Part shown: one piece after another, positions 32,238-41,052 of the stretch
How positions within the stretch are numbered: position 1 is the first letter of the stretch
Layout: the number at the start of each line of letters is the position of its first letter
Source: Thermomicrobiales bacterium
Lineage (GTDB): Bacteria; Chloroflexota; Chloroflexia; Thermomicrobiales; UBA6265
DNA length: 64,000 nt
Reading direction: 5' to 3'
Assembly (NCBI GenBank): GCA_039809985.1
Contig: JBDHWC010000001.1
Location: 14,988-78,987 of the forward strand
Made by a program: the position numbers and the translations under genes
Notes under the pieces: generated by a model
The model's input: only the letters and a program-made list of their open reading frames with translations
What the model was told of the DNA's origin: nothing
Databases searched by the model: none

Positions 32238-32912
32238 ATGCGCCTCGTGAGCGGAACCCAGCCAGCCGTGCCATCCAGCAATCGGTTCGAAGACGGCCGC
32301 CGCCTGCGCGCGACCACGATTCTCGGCGTTCGCCGCAACGGCGAGGTGGCGATGGCCGGTGACGGCCAGGTGACGCTGGGCGACGTCGTGCTCAAGCACG
32401 GGGCGCGGAAGGTGCGGACCCTGAACGAGGGGCAGGTGCTGGCCGGGTTCGCCGGCGCGGTCGCCGACGCGCTGACGTTGTTCGAGAAGTTCAACATCCA
32501 GCTCAAGTCGTGGGACGGCAACCTGCGCCGGGCGTCGGTCGAGCTTGCCAAGGAGTGGCGGACCGACAAGTACCTGCGGCGGCTCGAGGCGCAGCTGATC
32601 GTGGGCGACCCGGACTCGCTGCTGGTGCTCTCCGGCGACGGGGACGTGATCGAGCCGGACGACGGGGTTGCCGCGATCGGCTCGGGCGCGCCCTACGCGA
32701 CAGCGGCGGCCAAGGCGCTGATCGCCAACACCGACCTCGGCGCGCGCGAGATCGTCACTGCGGCGATGGGCATCGCGGCCGAGCTCTGCATCTACACCAA
32801 CGACCATTTCATGATCGAGACGGTCACCACGCCAGAAGGTCGCACGGAGGAGTCGGAATCGGCGATCGCCGACGCCATCGAGCAGACGCCCATCGGCGAG
32901 GCGCAGGCGTAG
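32238..32912 (+). CDS. hslV: ATP-dependent protease subunit HslV
   Basis: [36 protein letters not shown] and AIGSGAPYA. The start is uncertain: the catalytic Thr is not directly preceded by a canonical start codon. Confidence 0.85.
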   Translation: MRLVSGTQPAVPSSNRFEDGRRLRATTILGVRRNGEVAMAGDGQVTLGDVVLKHGARKVRTLNEGQVLAGFAGAVADALTLFEKFNIQLKSWDGNLRRASVELAKEWRTDKYLRRLEAQLIVGDPDSLLVLSGDGDVIEPDDGVAAIGSGAPYATAAAKALIANTDLGAREIVTAAMGIAAELCIYTNDHFMIETVTTPEGRTEESESAIADAIEQTPIGEAQA

Positions 32913-32964
32913 TTCACCGTTTTCGAGTTGCTCGCTCGGTCGTCAGGAGAACATCAGCCACCCC

Positions 32965-34446
32965 ATGGTCGAGACCGCTCGTCGCACCAATCCGACCGCC
33001 CCGACCCCGCGCGGATCCGGCGACGCCGAGGAGAGCCGGCTCGCGGTCGAGAACCTGACGCCGGCGGCGATCGTCGCCGAGCTGGACCGCTACATCGTCG
33101 GGCAGGCGGAGGCCAAGCGCGCCGTGGCGGTCGCCCTCCGCAACCGCTACCGTCGCCAACTGTTGCCTGAGGAGATGCGGCGGGAGGTGGTGCCGAAGAA
33201 CATCCTGATGATGGGGCCGACCGGTGTCGGCAAGACCGAGATCGCGCGGCGGGTGGCGAAGATCGTCGAGGCCCCGTTCATCAAGGTGGAGGCGACCAAG
33301 TTCACCGAGGTCGGCTACGTCGGCCGCGACGTGGAGTCGATCGTGCGCGACCTCGTCGAGGTGGCGATCGACATGCTGCACGGACAGCGGCTGGAGCAGG
33401 TCAAGGACGAGGCCACGGTCGCCGCCATCCAGCGGCTGGTCGACCTTCTGACCGAGCAACTGCACGAACGGAGCGCGGGCGAGCGGGGACGACGGAGGCC
33501 CGGCAACGGTCTCGGCGCAGAGTCCCCGCGGCAGGAGGCCTCGCGCCAGCGTCGGCTCGAGCGCGAGCGGGCCAAGGTCCTCGCGCTGCTGAACGAGCAG
33601 GTGCTCGAGGAAGAGACGATCGAGATCGAGGTCGACGGCGGGTACGACGACTACGGCCCCTACGACGAGTTCGGGTCGATGTCGCCGGAGGACCTGTACG
33701 AGACCTTCCACGACTTCCTCGACGGCTATTCGCCGCCACCGCGACGGTCGCGCCGACGGGTCTCGGTGCGCGAGGCGCGACGGATCCTGACCGAGCAGGA
33801 ATCGGACCGGCTGGTCGACTTCGACGCGGTGGTCGAGGCCGCGATCCGGCGGGTCGAGGAGGCCGCGGTCGTCTTCGTCGACGAGATCGACAAGACCGTG
33901 AGCAGGAACAGCGACTACGGGGCCGAGGTGTCGGGCGAGGGGGTCCAGCGCGACCTGCTGCCGATCGTCGAGGGATCGGTGGTGATGACGCGCTACGGGC
34001 CGGTCCGGACCGACCACGTCCTCTTCATCGCCGCCGGGTCGTTCCACGACACGCGCCCGTCGGACCTGATCCCGGAGTTGCAGGGCCGGTTCCCGATCCG
34101 GGTCGAACTGAGCAGCCTGAGCGAGGACGACCTCTACGCGATCCTGACCGAGCCGGAGAACGCGCTGACCAAGCAGTACGCGGCGCTGCTCAGCACCGAG
34201 GGGCTCGCCGTCGACTTCGAGGAGAGCGGCCTGCGCGAGATGGCCCGTCTGGCGACGGATGTCAACGCCAAAGCCGAGGACATCGGGGCACGGCGCCTGC
34301 ACACGATCATCGAGCGGGTGCTCGAGGAACTGTCGTTCACCGCGCCGGAGCGCTCCGGCGAACGGGTCGTGATCGACGGGCCGTTCGTGCTCGAGCGGGT
34401 CGGCGAGGTTGCCGCCGACGAGGACCTCAGCGCCTACATCCTGTGA
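32965..34446 (+). CDS. hslU: ATP-dependent protease ATPase subunit HslU
   Basis: LTPAAIVAELDRYIVGQAEAKRAVAVALRNR, Walker A GPTGVGKTEIARR, FVDEIDK, and the C-terminus SAYIL. Confidence 0.95.
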   Translation: MVETARRTNPTAPTPRGSGDAEESRLAVENLTPAAIVAELDRYIVGQAEAKRAVAVALRNRYRRQLLPEEMRREVVPKNILMMGPTGVGKTEIARRVAKIVEAPFIKVEATKFTEVGYVGRDVESIVRDLVEVAIDMLHGQRLEQVKDEATVAAIQRLVDLLTEQLHERSAGERGRRRPGNGLGAESPRQEASRQRRLERERAKVLALLNEQVLEEETIEIEVDGGYDDYGPYDEFGSMSPEDLYETFHDFLDGYSPPPRRSRRRVSVREARRILTEQESDRLVDFDAVVEAAIRRVEEAAVVFVDEIDKTVSRNSDYGAEVSGEGVQRDLLPIVEGSVVMTRYGPVRTDHVLFIAAGSFHDTRPSDLIPELQGRFPIRVELSSLSEDDLYAILTEPENALTKQYAALLSTEGLAVDFEESGLREMARLATDVNAKAEDIGARRLHTIIERVLEELSFTAPERSGERVVIDGPFVLERVGEVAADEDLSAYIL

Positions 34447-34470
34447 GTCGCGACACCGGTGGAGGGCGTC

Positions 34471-35424
34471 ATGCCGGGTGAGGTCATCGCGGTCGATCTC
34501 GGCGGCACCCACCTGCGCTGTGCGGCGGTCGGGCCAGACGGCAGCCTGAGCGGGCGGCGGGTGGTGCCGTCCCCGGCCGCCGCCGGGCCCAAGTCGGTGC
34601 TGGACACGATGGTCGCCCTGATCGAGGAGACGCGACGAGCGGCCGGGGTGATCGCCACCGCGCCGATCGGCGTCGCGATCCCCGGGCCGCTCGACCCGGC
34701 GACCGGGGTCGTCGGCTACACGCCGAACCTGGCAGGGTGGCAGGACGTGCCGTTCGGCCCGTGGCTGCACCGGGCGACCGGAGCGCCGGTGCGCCTCGGC
34801 AACGATGGCAACTGCGCTGCGGTCGGCGAGCACCGGCACGGGGTCGCCCGCGGCGTGCAGGACGTGGTCTACCTCGCTCTCGGCACGGGGGTCGGCGGCG
34901 GGATCATCAGCCGCGGCGTGCTGTTGGAGGGCGCGCACGGGCTCGGCGGCGAAGTCGGGCACGTGGTGGTGGCGCTCGACGGCCCCCGTTGCACGTGCGG
35001 CAGCATCGGTTGTCTCGAGACCTTCGCGAGCGGCTGGGCTCTTGCACGCGAAGGCGAGATGGTGGCGGCGACCGCGGACGGCATGGCGCTGAAAACGGCC
35101 GCGGCGGGGCAGCCGGTGACCCCGGGCGTGATCGCTCGCGCCGCGGAGGCGGGGGATCCGGCGGCATCGCGGATTCTGCAGCGGGCCGGGCACGCGCTGG
35201 GTGCTGCGATCGGGACCTTCGCCAATCTTTTCAACCCGGAGCTGGTGGTCATCGGCGGCGGGGTCGGCACGCTCGGGGAACTGCTCCTCGGACCGGCGCG
35301 GGAAGCGATCCCGTCTCACGCGTTCGCCGGCAATCGACGCGATCTGCGCTTGGCCCGCTCGGTGCTCGGGGACGACACGGCCCTGCTTGGCGCGGCGGCG
35401 CTCGCGCGGGAGGCGCCTCGCTAG
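34471..35424 (+). CDS. glk: ROK-family glucokinase
   Basis: VIAVDLGGTHLR, ROK zinc motif GHVVVALDGPRCTCGSIGCLE. ATG 34471 is preceded by GGAGGG; the ORF opens at GTG 34459. Confidence 0.85.
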   Translation: MPGEVIAVDLGGTHLRCAAVGPDGSLSGRRVVPSPAAAGPKSVLDTMVALIEETRRAAGVIATAPIGVAIPGPLDPATGVVGYTPNLAGWQDVPFGPWLHRATGAPVRLGNDGNCAAVGEHRHGVARGVQDVVYLALGTGVGGGIISRGVLLEGAHGLGGEVGHVVVALDGPRCTCGSIGCLETFASGWALAREGEMVAATADGMALKTAAAGQPVTPGVIARAAEAGDPAASRILQRAGHALGAAIGTFANLFNPELVVIGGGVGTLGELLLGPAREAIPSHAFAGNRRDLRLARSVLGDDTALLGAAALAREAPR

Positions 35425-35482
35425 AGACGCGGCCCTCGCCAGCGATCATGACTCATTCGGCACGATTGTCCGAATTCCCTGC

Positions 35483-35512
35483 TTGACACCCAATCCGGGC
35501 CGATGCTAGGTT
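35483..35512 (+). promoter_or_regulatory. Sigma-70-type promoter candidate for oppBC (TTGACA-N18-TAGGTT, TGc extended -10)
   Basis: TTGACA at 35483-35488 and TGCTAGGTT at 35504-35512. Leaves a ~180-nt leader. Confidence 0.45.
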
Positions 35513-35695
35513 GCAAATCTGTCGAGGCGACACCGATTCAGCGTTGGCAACGCCTGCCGGGCGAACCCGGGCTCACGGGCGTTTCCGACACCGGCAGCGA
35601 ACCAGCCCCCGGCCTTCGGCCTGGGCACGGCGTGACGGACCGACCGACCCGCAACGGTCTTCCGACCGGCCGCGGGCAGTGACCGAGGCGCACCG

Positions 35696-36628
35696 ATGCT
35701 TCGATTCGCCCTGAATCGCATCTTCTGGTTCATCCCGACGCTGCTGGCGATGGCGGCCGTCACCTTCGTCATCATGAAGGCGACGCCGGGCAGCCCGTTC
35801 GACGTCAGCGACAAGGTCAGCCCGGAGCAGATCGCGCAGCTTGAGCGCATCTACGGTCTGGACAAGCCGTTGCCGGAGCAGTTCAAGACGTACGTCTGGA
35901 ACGCCATGCACGGCGACTTCGGGGTGTCGTACTCGGCGCGGCCGCAGACGGTGAGCCAGATCATCGGGCGGACGTTCCCGATCTCGCTCCACCTCGGGCT
36001 GATGGCGACGCTCTTCGCGCTGATCGTCGGGCTGGTGCTCGGAGTGCTGGCCGCGGTGAACCAGAACGGCTGGCTCGACTACATCTCGGTCACGATCTCG
36101 ATCCTCTTCTTCAGCATGCCCAGCTTCGTGATGGGCTTCCTGCTGATCCTGCTCTTCGCCGTCTGGCTGCCGGACCGCGGCATCGACCTCGGCTTCCACA
36201 TCGGCGGCTGGGATTCCCCGATCGACTGGGTGCTGCCGACGATCGCGCTCGGTGCGGCCCCGTTGGCGACCATCTCGCGCTACACGCGCTCGTCGATGAT
36301 CGAGGTGATCCGGTCGGACTACGTGCGGACGGCGCGTGCCAAGGGGCTGACCGACTTCAAGGTGGTTCTCCGGCACGTGATGAAGAACGCGCTGATCCCG
36401 GTGATCACGCTGGTCGGCCCGATCTTCGCGGCGGTCGGCACCGGGTCGTTCTTCGTCGAGCAAGTCTTCAACATCCCGGGCATGGGCAAGTTCTTCGTCA
36501 CCAGCATGCAGGTCAAGGACCAGACGATGATTCTGGCCGTGACATTGCTGTACGGCGTGTTCCTCGCAGCCATGAACCTGCTGGTCGACCTCCTCTACGG
36601 CGTCTTCGACCCGAGAATTCGCTACTAA
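35696..36628 (+). CDS. oppB: Peptide ABC transporter permease (OppB/DppB-type)
   Basis: 310 aa. Family-typical N-terminus MLRFALNRIFWFIPTLL, six TM segments, and the EAA-loop region SDYVRTARAKGL. Confidence 0.9.
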   Translation: MLRFALNRIFWFIPTLLAMAAVTFVIMKATPGSPFDVSDKVSPEQIAQLERIYGLDKPLPEQFKTYVWNAMHGDFGVSYSARPQTVSQIIGRTFPISLHLGLMATLFALIVGLVLGVLAAVNQNGWLDYISVTISILFFSMPSFVMGFLLILLFAVWLPDRGIDLGFHIGGWDSPIDWVLPTIALGAAPLATISRYTRSSMIEVIRSDYVRTARAKGLTDFKVVLRHVMKNALIPVITLVGPIFAAVGTGSFFVEQVFNIPGMGKFFVTSMQVKDQTMILAVTLLYGVFLAAMNLLVDLLYGVFDPRIRY

Positions 36629-36682
36629 GCCGCGGACAACGGCCACACGGAGCCAGCACCGCCGCTGGTCGAGGAGCAAGCG

Positions 36683-37654
36683 ATGGCGCAGACCGTTTCC
36701 GAGGGAGCGTCCCTGAGCCCGGCAGAGACCGCCGCGCCGGCGGCCGGGGCGTCCACGCGCTCGACCGGGCTGGCGACGATCGGTGACCTCACCAACCGAC
36801 CGCAACGCAACCTGTGGGTCGACGCGTGGCGGCGGCTGCGCAAGAACAAGCTGGCGGTGATCGGGCTGACCATCGTCACCGTCTTCATCGTGGTGGCGGC
36901 GCTGGCCCCGATCATCGCCCCGTACGGCGAGGCGGAGGTGGTCGACCCGAGACTGGCGCGCGTCCACCCGAACTGGATCTTCCCGTTCGGCATCGACGCC
37001 AACGGACGCGACATGTTCAGCCGGGTCGTCTGGGGCGCGCGCGTGTCGCTCGTGGTCGGGGTCCTATCGCAGTTCATCATCCTGCTGATCGGGGTTCCGG
37101 TCGGGGCGATCGCCGGCTACTTCGGCGGCGCGACCGACAGTTTCCTGATGCGCTGCGTCGACGTGATCTACGCCATCCCGCAGCTTCTGCTGGTGATCCT
37201 GCTGGTCAACTGGCGGGGCCCGGGCCTGACGAACATCTTCCTGGCGATCGGCCTCGTCAGCTGGGTGACCGAGGCTCGGCTCGTCCGCGGCCAGTTCCTC
37301 GCCCTGCGCGAGCAGGAGTACGTGAACGCGGCGCGGGTGGCTGGCGCGGGCTCGGGGTCGGTGATCATGAGACACCTGCTGCCGAACAGCCTGACGCCGA
37401 TCATCGTTGCGGTCACCTTCGGGATCCCGACCGCGATCTTCACCGAGGCGGCGCTCAGCTTCATCGGCGTCGGCATCCGGCCGCCGCAGGCGAGCTGGGG
37501 CCAGTTGGTCGGGGAGGGGAGCAAGGCGGGCTACATCCAGACCGACCCGCACATGCTGCTCTTCCCGGTGCTGGCCATCGGGCTGACGATGCTGGGGTTC
37601 ACGTTCCTGGGCGACGGCCTGCGCGATGCGCTCGACCCGAAGGGGAACGACTAG
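36683..37654 (+). CDS. oppC: Peptide ABC transporter permease (OppC/DppC-type)
   Basis: 323 aa. RRLRKNKLAVIGL, EYVNAARVAGAG. SD GAGGAG lies 6 nt upstream. Confidence 0.9.
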   Translation: MAQTVSEGASLSPAETAAPAAGASTRSTGLATIGDLTNRPQRNLWVDAWRRLRKNKLAVIGLTIVTVFIVVAALAPIIAPYGEAEVVDPRLARVHPNWIFPFGIDANGRDMFSRVVWGARVSLVVGVLSQFIILLIGVPVGAIAGYFGGATDSFLMRCVDVIYAIPQLLLVILLVNWRGPGLTNIFLAIGLVSWVTEARLVRGQFLALREQEYVNAARVAGAGSGSVIMRHLLPNSLTPIIVAVTFGIPTAIFTEAALSFIGVGIRPPQASWGQLVGEGSKAGYIQTDPHMLLFPVLAIGLTMLGFTFLGDGLRDALDPKGND

Positions 37655-38034
37655 CGGCCATGCCGGCGTGCGTGCAACACGACATAACCAGGCAGGATTC
37701 CGGGCTGTTCAGGTCGCAGACGGATAGGAAATCTGGTACAACGTTGCGTCAGGAACGGCTGACGGTCCACCTACGGCGCGGAAACCAGCGCACGGGCATC
37801 AGCGCGCGTGGCGACGGTCGTGGCGTGGGCGGGACGCGGTTCGAGGCTGAGTCCACGGCAAGGCGGCGAGGCTGACCGCGCGGGCGGGCAGCCAGAGCGC
37901 CGGACTGGCACGCAGATCGAGAAGGAGGTTCGCTCACCCGGAAGGTTCGCGAATGTCCCGAAGCCTGCGCCCCGACTCGGTCGGGCAACGCGCCGAGACC
38001 TGTTGCTCCTCAACGACGGCGTAAGGAGGCACAG

Positions 38035-39828
38035 ATGACCCACGAGAAGAACGAGCAGATCGAGCTGCTGCAGAAGCGGTTCGCGACGGTCGGCGTCGAC
38101 CGGCGGACCGTGATGAAGATGGTCAGCGCGGCGGCGGGCGCCGCGGCGCTGGGTGGCTTCGTTGGCGAGCTGCCGGGCCGGCAGCCGCAAGCGGCGGCGG
38201 CCCCGGAAGTGACCCCGGACACCACCTTCTACAGCTACGAGCTGTTCGACGACCCGGTGTCGTTCGACTGGAACCAGAACCTGTACTGCAACGCGCAGAC
38301 GCAGGTCAACGCGAGCGTGCTGAAGTTCGACGAGAACCTCGTCGCGCAGCCGGACTGGGCCGAGACGTTCACGCCCAACGCGGACGGGTCGGTCTGGACC
38401 TTCAACATCCGGAAGGACAACAAGGGCTGGACGGACGGCAACCCGGTGACGGCCCACGACTTCGTCTGGTCGTGGCAGCGGCAGTTGCTGCCGGAGACGG
38501 CGGCGGCCTATTCCGGGTTCCTGTTCGACATCAAGAACGCCGAGAAGCTGAACACCAGCAAGGTCGAGGCGGACGGCACCCACACGGCGGAGGACGGCTC
38601 GAAGATCACCGCCGACGACATCGGGGCCAAGGCGCTCGACGACTGGACCCTCGAAGTCACGATGGAAGGGCCGCGGGCCTACTTCCCGCAGGTGGTCGCC
38701 TACCAGGCGTCGGTTCCTGCGCCGAAGTGGGCGGTCGAGAAGTACGGGGCCGACAAGTGGGCGAGCGGTGAGGTGCCGCTCATCTGCAACGGCCCGTTCA
38801 AGCTCGACAAGTGGGAGCACGACGTTCTCGTCGAGTGCTCGCCGAACGAGGGCTACTGGGACTACGAGAACATCAAGATCCAGCGCCTGGTGACGCCGAT
38901 CACGCCGAGCGGCACCGAAGTGCTCGCCTTCGAGAAGGGCGAGGGCGATGCCCGCCTCGACTGGGTGACGATCGGCGTCGACAACCTCAAGCGCTACACC
39001 GAGGACCCCGAGCTCTCGAAGCTGCTCAAGAAGTACGTCTACCCGGGCATCTGGATGCTCGTGCCGTCGAACGGCATCCCGCCGTTCGACAAGCTCGAGG
39101 TCCGGAAGGCGCTGACCCATGCGATCAACCGCGACCGGATCGTGACGCTCACCCAGAACACGACGTCGCCGGCGTACTGCATGGTGCCGCCGGGCGTGTA
39201 CGGGTTCCTGGACGACCCGAAGTACGCCGAGAACCTCAAGTTCGACCCGCAGGCGGCGATGGACGCCCTGAAGGGGACCGAGTTCGAGGGCGGCAAGAAC
39301 TGGCCGGAGATCACCCTGCACATGCGGGGCAGCGAGGACCAGTACAGCTCCTCGCTGATGGCGAACGACCTCGTCGCCCAGCTCAAGGAAACGCTGGGGA
39401 TGGACGCCAAGATCCAGGTCTGGACCGAGAGCTCGTGGCGGCCCGAGTTGTTCAAGAACCAGTTCCAGCTGGTCTGGATCCGCTGGTGGAGCGACTACCC
39501 GGACCCGAACAACAGCTACGGCGACATGTTCTACAGCCGGAAGTCGTCGGGCAGGCGGCAGGCGTGGTCGAACGAGAAGTTCGACGACCTCGTTGTCGAG
39601 GGCAAGGGCGTCACTGACCCGGTGGCGCGCCTGAAGGTCTACGCCGAGGCCGAGGACGTCATCCAGGAAGACGTCGGGTACATCCCGGTCGTCTACCGGC
39701 AGGACACCTATGCGATCAAGCCGTGGGTGAAGAACGTGCCGGTCAACAAGCAGGGCTACACGGTGATGGTCGGGAACATCTACACCCGCCTCACTGACCG
39801 CGTTGAGGTCGAGGGCCGGCCGACCTAG
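38035..39828 (+). CDS. oppA: Peptide ABC transporter substrate-binding protein (family 5), Tat-like signal
   Basis: 597 aa. The N-terminus DRRTVMKMVSAAAGAAALGG resembles a twin-arginine signal. Family-5 SBP pattern throughout. SD AAGGAGG upstream. Confidence 0.9.
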   Translation: MTHEKNEQIELLQKRFATVGVDRRTVMKMVSAAAGAAALGGFVGELPGRQPQAAAAPEVTPDTTFYSYELFDDPVSFDWNQNLYCNAQTQVNASVLKFDENLVAQPDWAETFTPNADGSVWTFNIRKDNKGWTDGNPVTAHDFVWSWQRQLLPETAAAYSGFLFDIKNAEKLNTSKVEADGTHTAEDGSKITADDIGAKALDDWTLEVTMEGPRAYFPQVVAYQASVPAPKWAVEKYGADKWASGEVPLICNGPFKLDKWEHDVLVECSPNEGYWDYENIKIQRLVTPITPSGTEVLAFEKGEGDARLDWVTIGVDNLKRYTEDPELSKLLKKYVYPGIWMLVPSNGIPPFDKLEVRKALTHAINRDRIVTLTQNTTSPAYCMVPPGVYGFLDDPKYAENLKFDPQAAMDALKGTEFEGGKNWPEITLHMRGSEDQYSSSLMANDLVAQLKETLGMDAKIQVWTESSWRPELFKNQFQLVWIRWWSDYPDPNNSYGDMFYSRKSSGRRQAWSNEKFDDLVVEGKGVTDPVARLKVYAEAEDVIQEDVGYIPVVYRQDTYAIKPWVKNVPVNKQGYTVMVGNIYTRLTDRVEVEGRPT

Positions 39829-39858
39829 GCGTCGCGTCGGAACCACGACCAACGAGAG

Positions 39859-39885
39859 CGGCCGGGGCCATCATGGCCCCGGCCG
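39859..39885 (+). terminator. Hairpin terminator candidate after oppA
   Basis: CGGCCGGGGCC-ATCAT-GGCCCCGGCCG, an 11-bp perfect stem, followed by TTCGCGTG (weak U-tract). Confidence 0.55.
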
Positions 39886-40010
39886 TTCGCGTGCCTTGGG
39901 GATGTGGTCGCTGGCTTGGACGTGAGATACTGTTTCGCACGAGCCCGGCTGTGCGCGGTGCCCGAGCGCGGGTGCCCGCCGGCGGGTGCGCCGCGTTCGA
40001 GGAGGCAATC

Positions 40011-40967
40011 GTGTCCGAGGAGCACCGTCATCCGGCCTACGTGTGGTGGAACGGGAAGCAGGTTCGCTGGGAAGACGCCACCATCCATGTCACCGAGCTT
40101 GGCTGGTCGACGGTCGGTGCCGTCTTCGAGGGGATTCGCGCCTACTGGAACGCCGAGACCGAGTCGCTCAACATCTTCCGGCTGCGCGAGCACCTCGAGC
40201 GACTCGAGGACTCGATGCGGCTGGTCCGGCTCCGACTCGACTACTCGGTCGAGGAACTGACCGAGATCATCGTCGCGCTGCTGCAGGCGAACGACGTGCG
40301 CGAGGACACCTACATCCGACCGCTCGGCTACACCCTCGAGACCTCGGGCAAGCGTTTCGCGCAGGTCGGCGGTGAGTCGGGCCTGCTGATCAACACGCAC
40401 GCGATGCCGACCCACCTGCAGACAGGGGTGCGCACGACGGCCAAGGTCAGTTCGTGGCGACGGATTTCCGAGGACGTGATGCCGCCCCGGATCAAGAACC
40501 TCTCAAACTACCGGAACGGGCAGCTGGCGGGGAACGAGGCAAAGGCCGACGGCTACGACACGGCGATCCTGCTGAACCACATGGGCACCGTGGCCGAGTG
40601 CCCCGGCTCCTGCGTCATGATGGTGCGGGACGGGAAGGTGATCACGCCGGACGTGACCAGCTCGATCTTGGAGAGCATCACCCGCGACGCGCTGATGCAA
40701 CTCGCCGCCGGCGAACTCGGGCTCGAGGTGGTCGAGCGGCAGATCGACCGGACCGAACTCTACCTTGCCGACGAACTCTTCAGCTGCGGCACGGCGGCGG
40801 AGATCACCCCAATCGTCGAGGTTGACCGCTACCGGATCGGCGACGGCGAGATCGGACCGGTCACCCACAAGCTGGAGGCGGCCCTCCGCGACACGATGCT
40901 GGGTCGCGAGACTCGCCGGAACGACTGGCGAACGCCGGTGCCGGTGCGAGTCACCGTCGGCGCGTAG
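40011..40967 (+). CDS. ilvE: Branched-chain amino acid aminotransferase (class IV)
   Basis: 318 aa from the GTG preceded by GGAGG. VFEGIRAY...FRLREHLERL and the PLP-lysine region RIKNLSNY; fold-type IV pattern. Confidence 0.85.
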   Translation: MSEEHRHPAYVWWNGKQVRWEDATIHVTELGWSTVGAVFEGIRAYWNAETESLNIFRLREHLERLEDSMRLVRLRLDYSVEELTEIIVALLQANDVREDTYIRPLGYTLETSGKRFAQVGGESGLLINTHAMPTHLQTGVRTTAKVSSWRRISEDVMPPRIKNLSNYRNGQLAGNEAKADGYDTAILLNHMGTVAECPGSCVMMVRDGKVITPDVTSSILESITRDALMQLAAGELGLEVVERQIDRTELYLADELFSCGTAAEITPIVEVDRYRIGDGEIGPVTHKLEAALRDTMLGRETRRNDWRTPVPVRVTVGA

Positions 40968-41000
40968 GCCCCCGCTCGGGCAATCGAGAAGCGCAACGAA

Positions 41001-41028
41001 CGACCCCGGGGCGCAAGCCCCGGGGTCG
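41001..41028. terminator. Bidirectional hairpin terminator candidate between convergent ilvE and accDA
   Basis: CGACCCCGGGGC-GCAA-GCCCCGGGGTCG, a 12-bp perfect stem with a GNRA-type loop. Confidence 0.6.
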
Positions 41029-41052
41029 CCGTCTGTGGTGCTTCCTCGGTCG

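Noticed and set aside
37838-37846. GGTTCGAGG, which resembles a tRNA T-loop, in the oppC-oppA gap.
   Set aside because: The flanking 5-mers (CGCGG and CTGAG) cannot form a T-stem, and no acceptor or anticodon arms can be drawn. I found no tRNA anywhere in the window.
37906-37920. Sigma-54-like TGGCACGcagaTCGA upstream of oppA. A second site is TGGTACaacgTTGC at 37734-37747.
   Set aside because: The first has a perfect -24 box, but the -12 GC is replaced (TCGA). The second has a 1-nt-short spacer, and sigma-54 spacing is strict.
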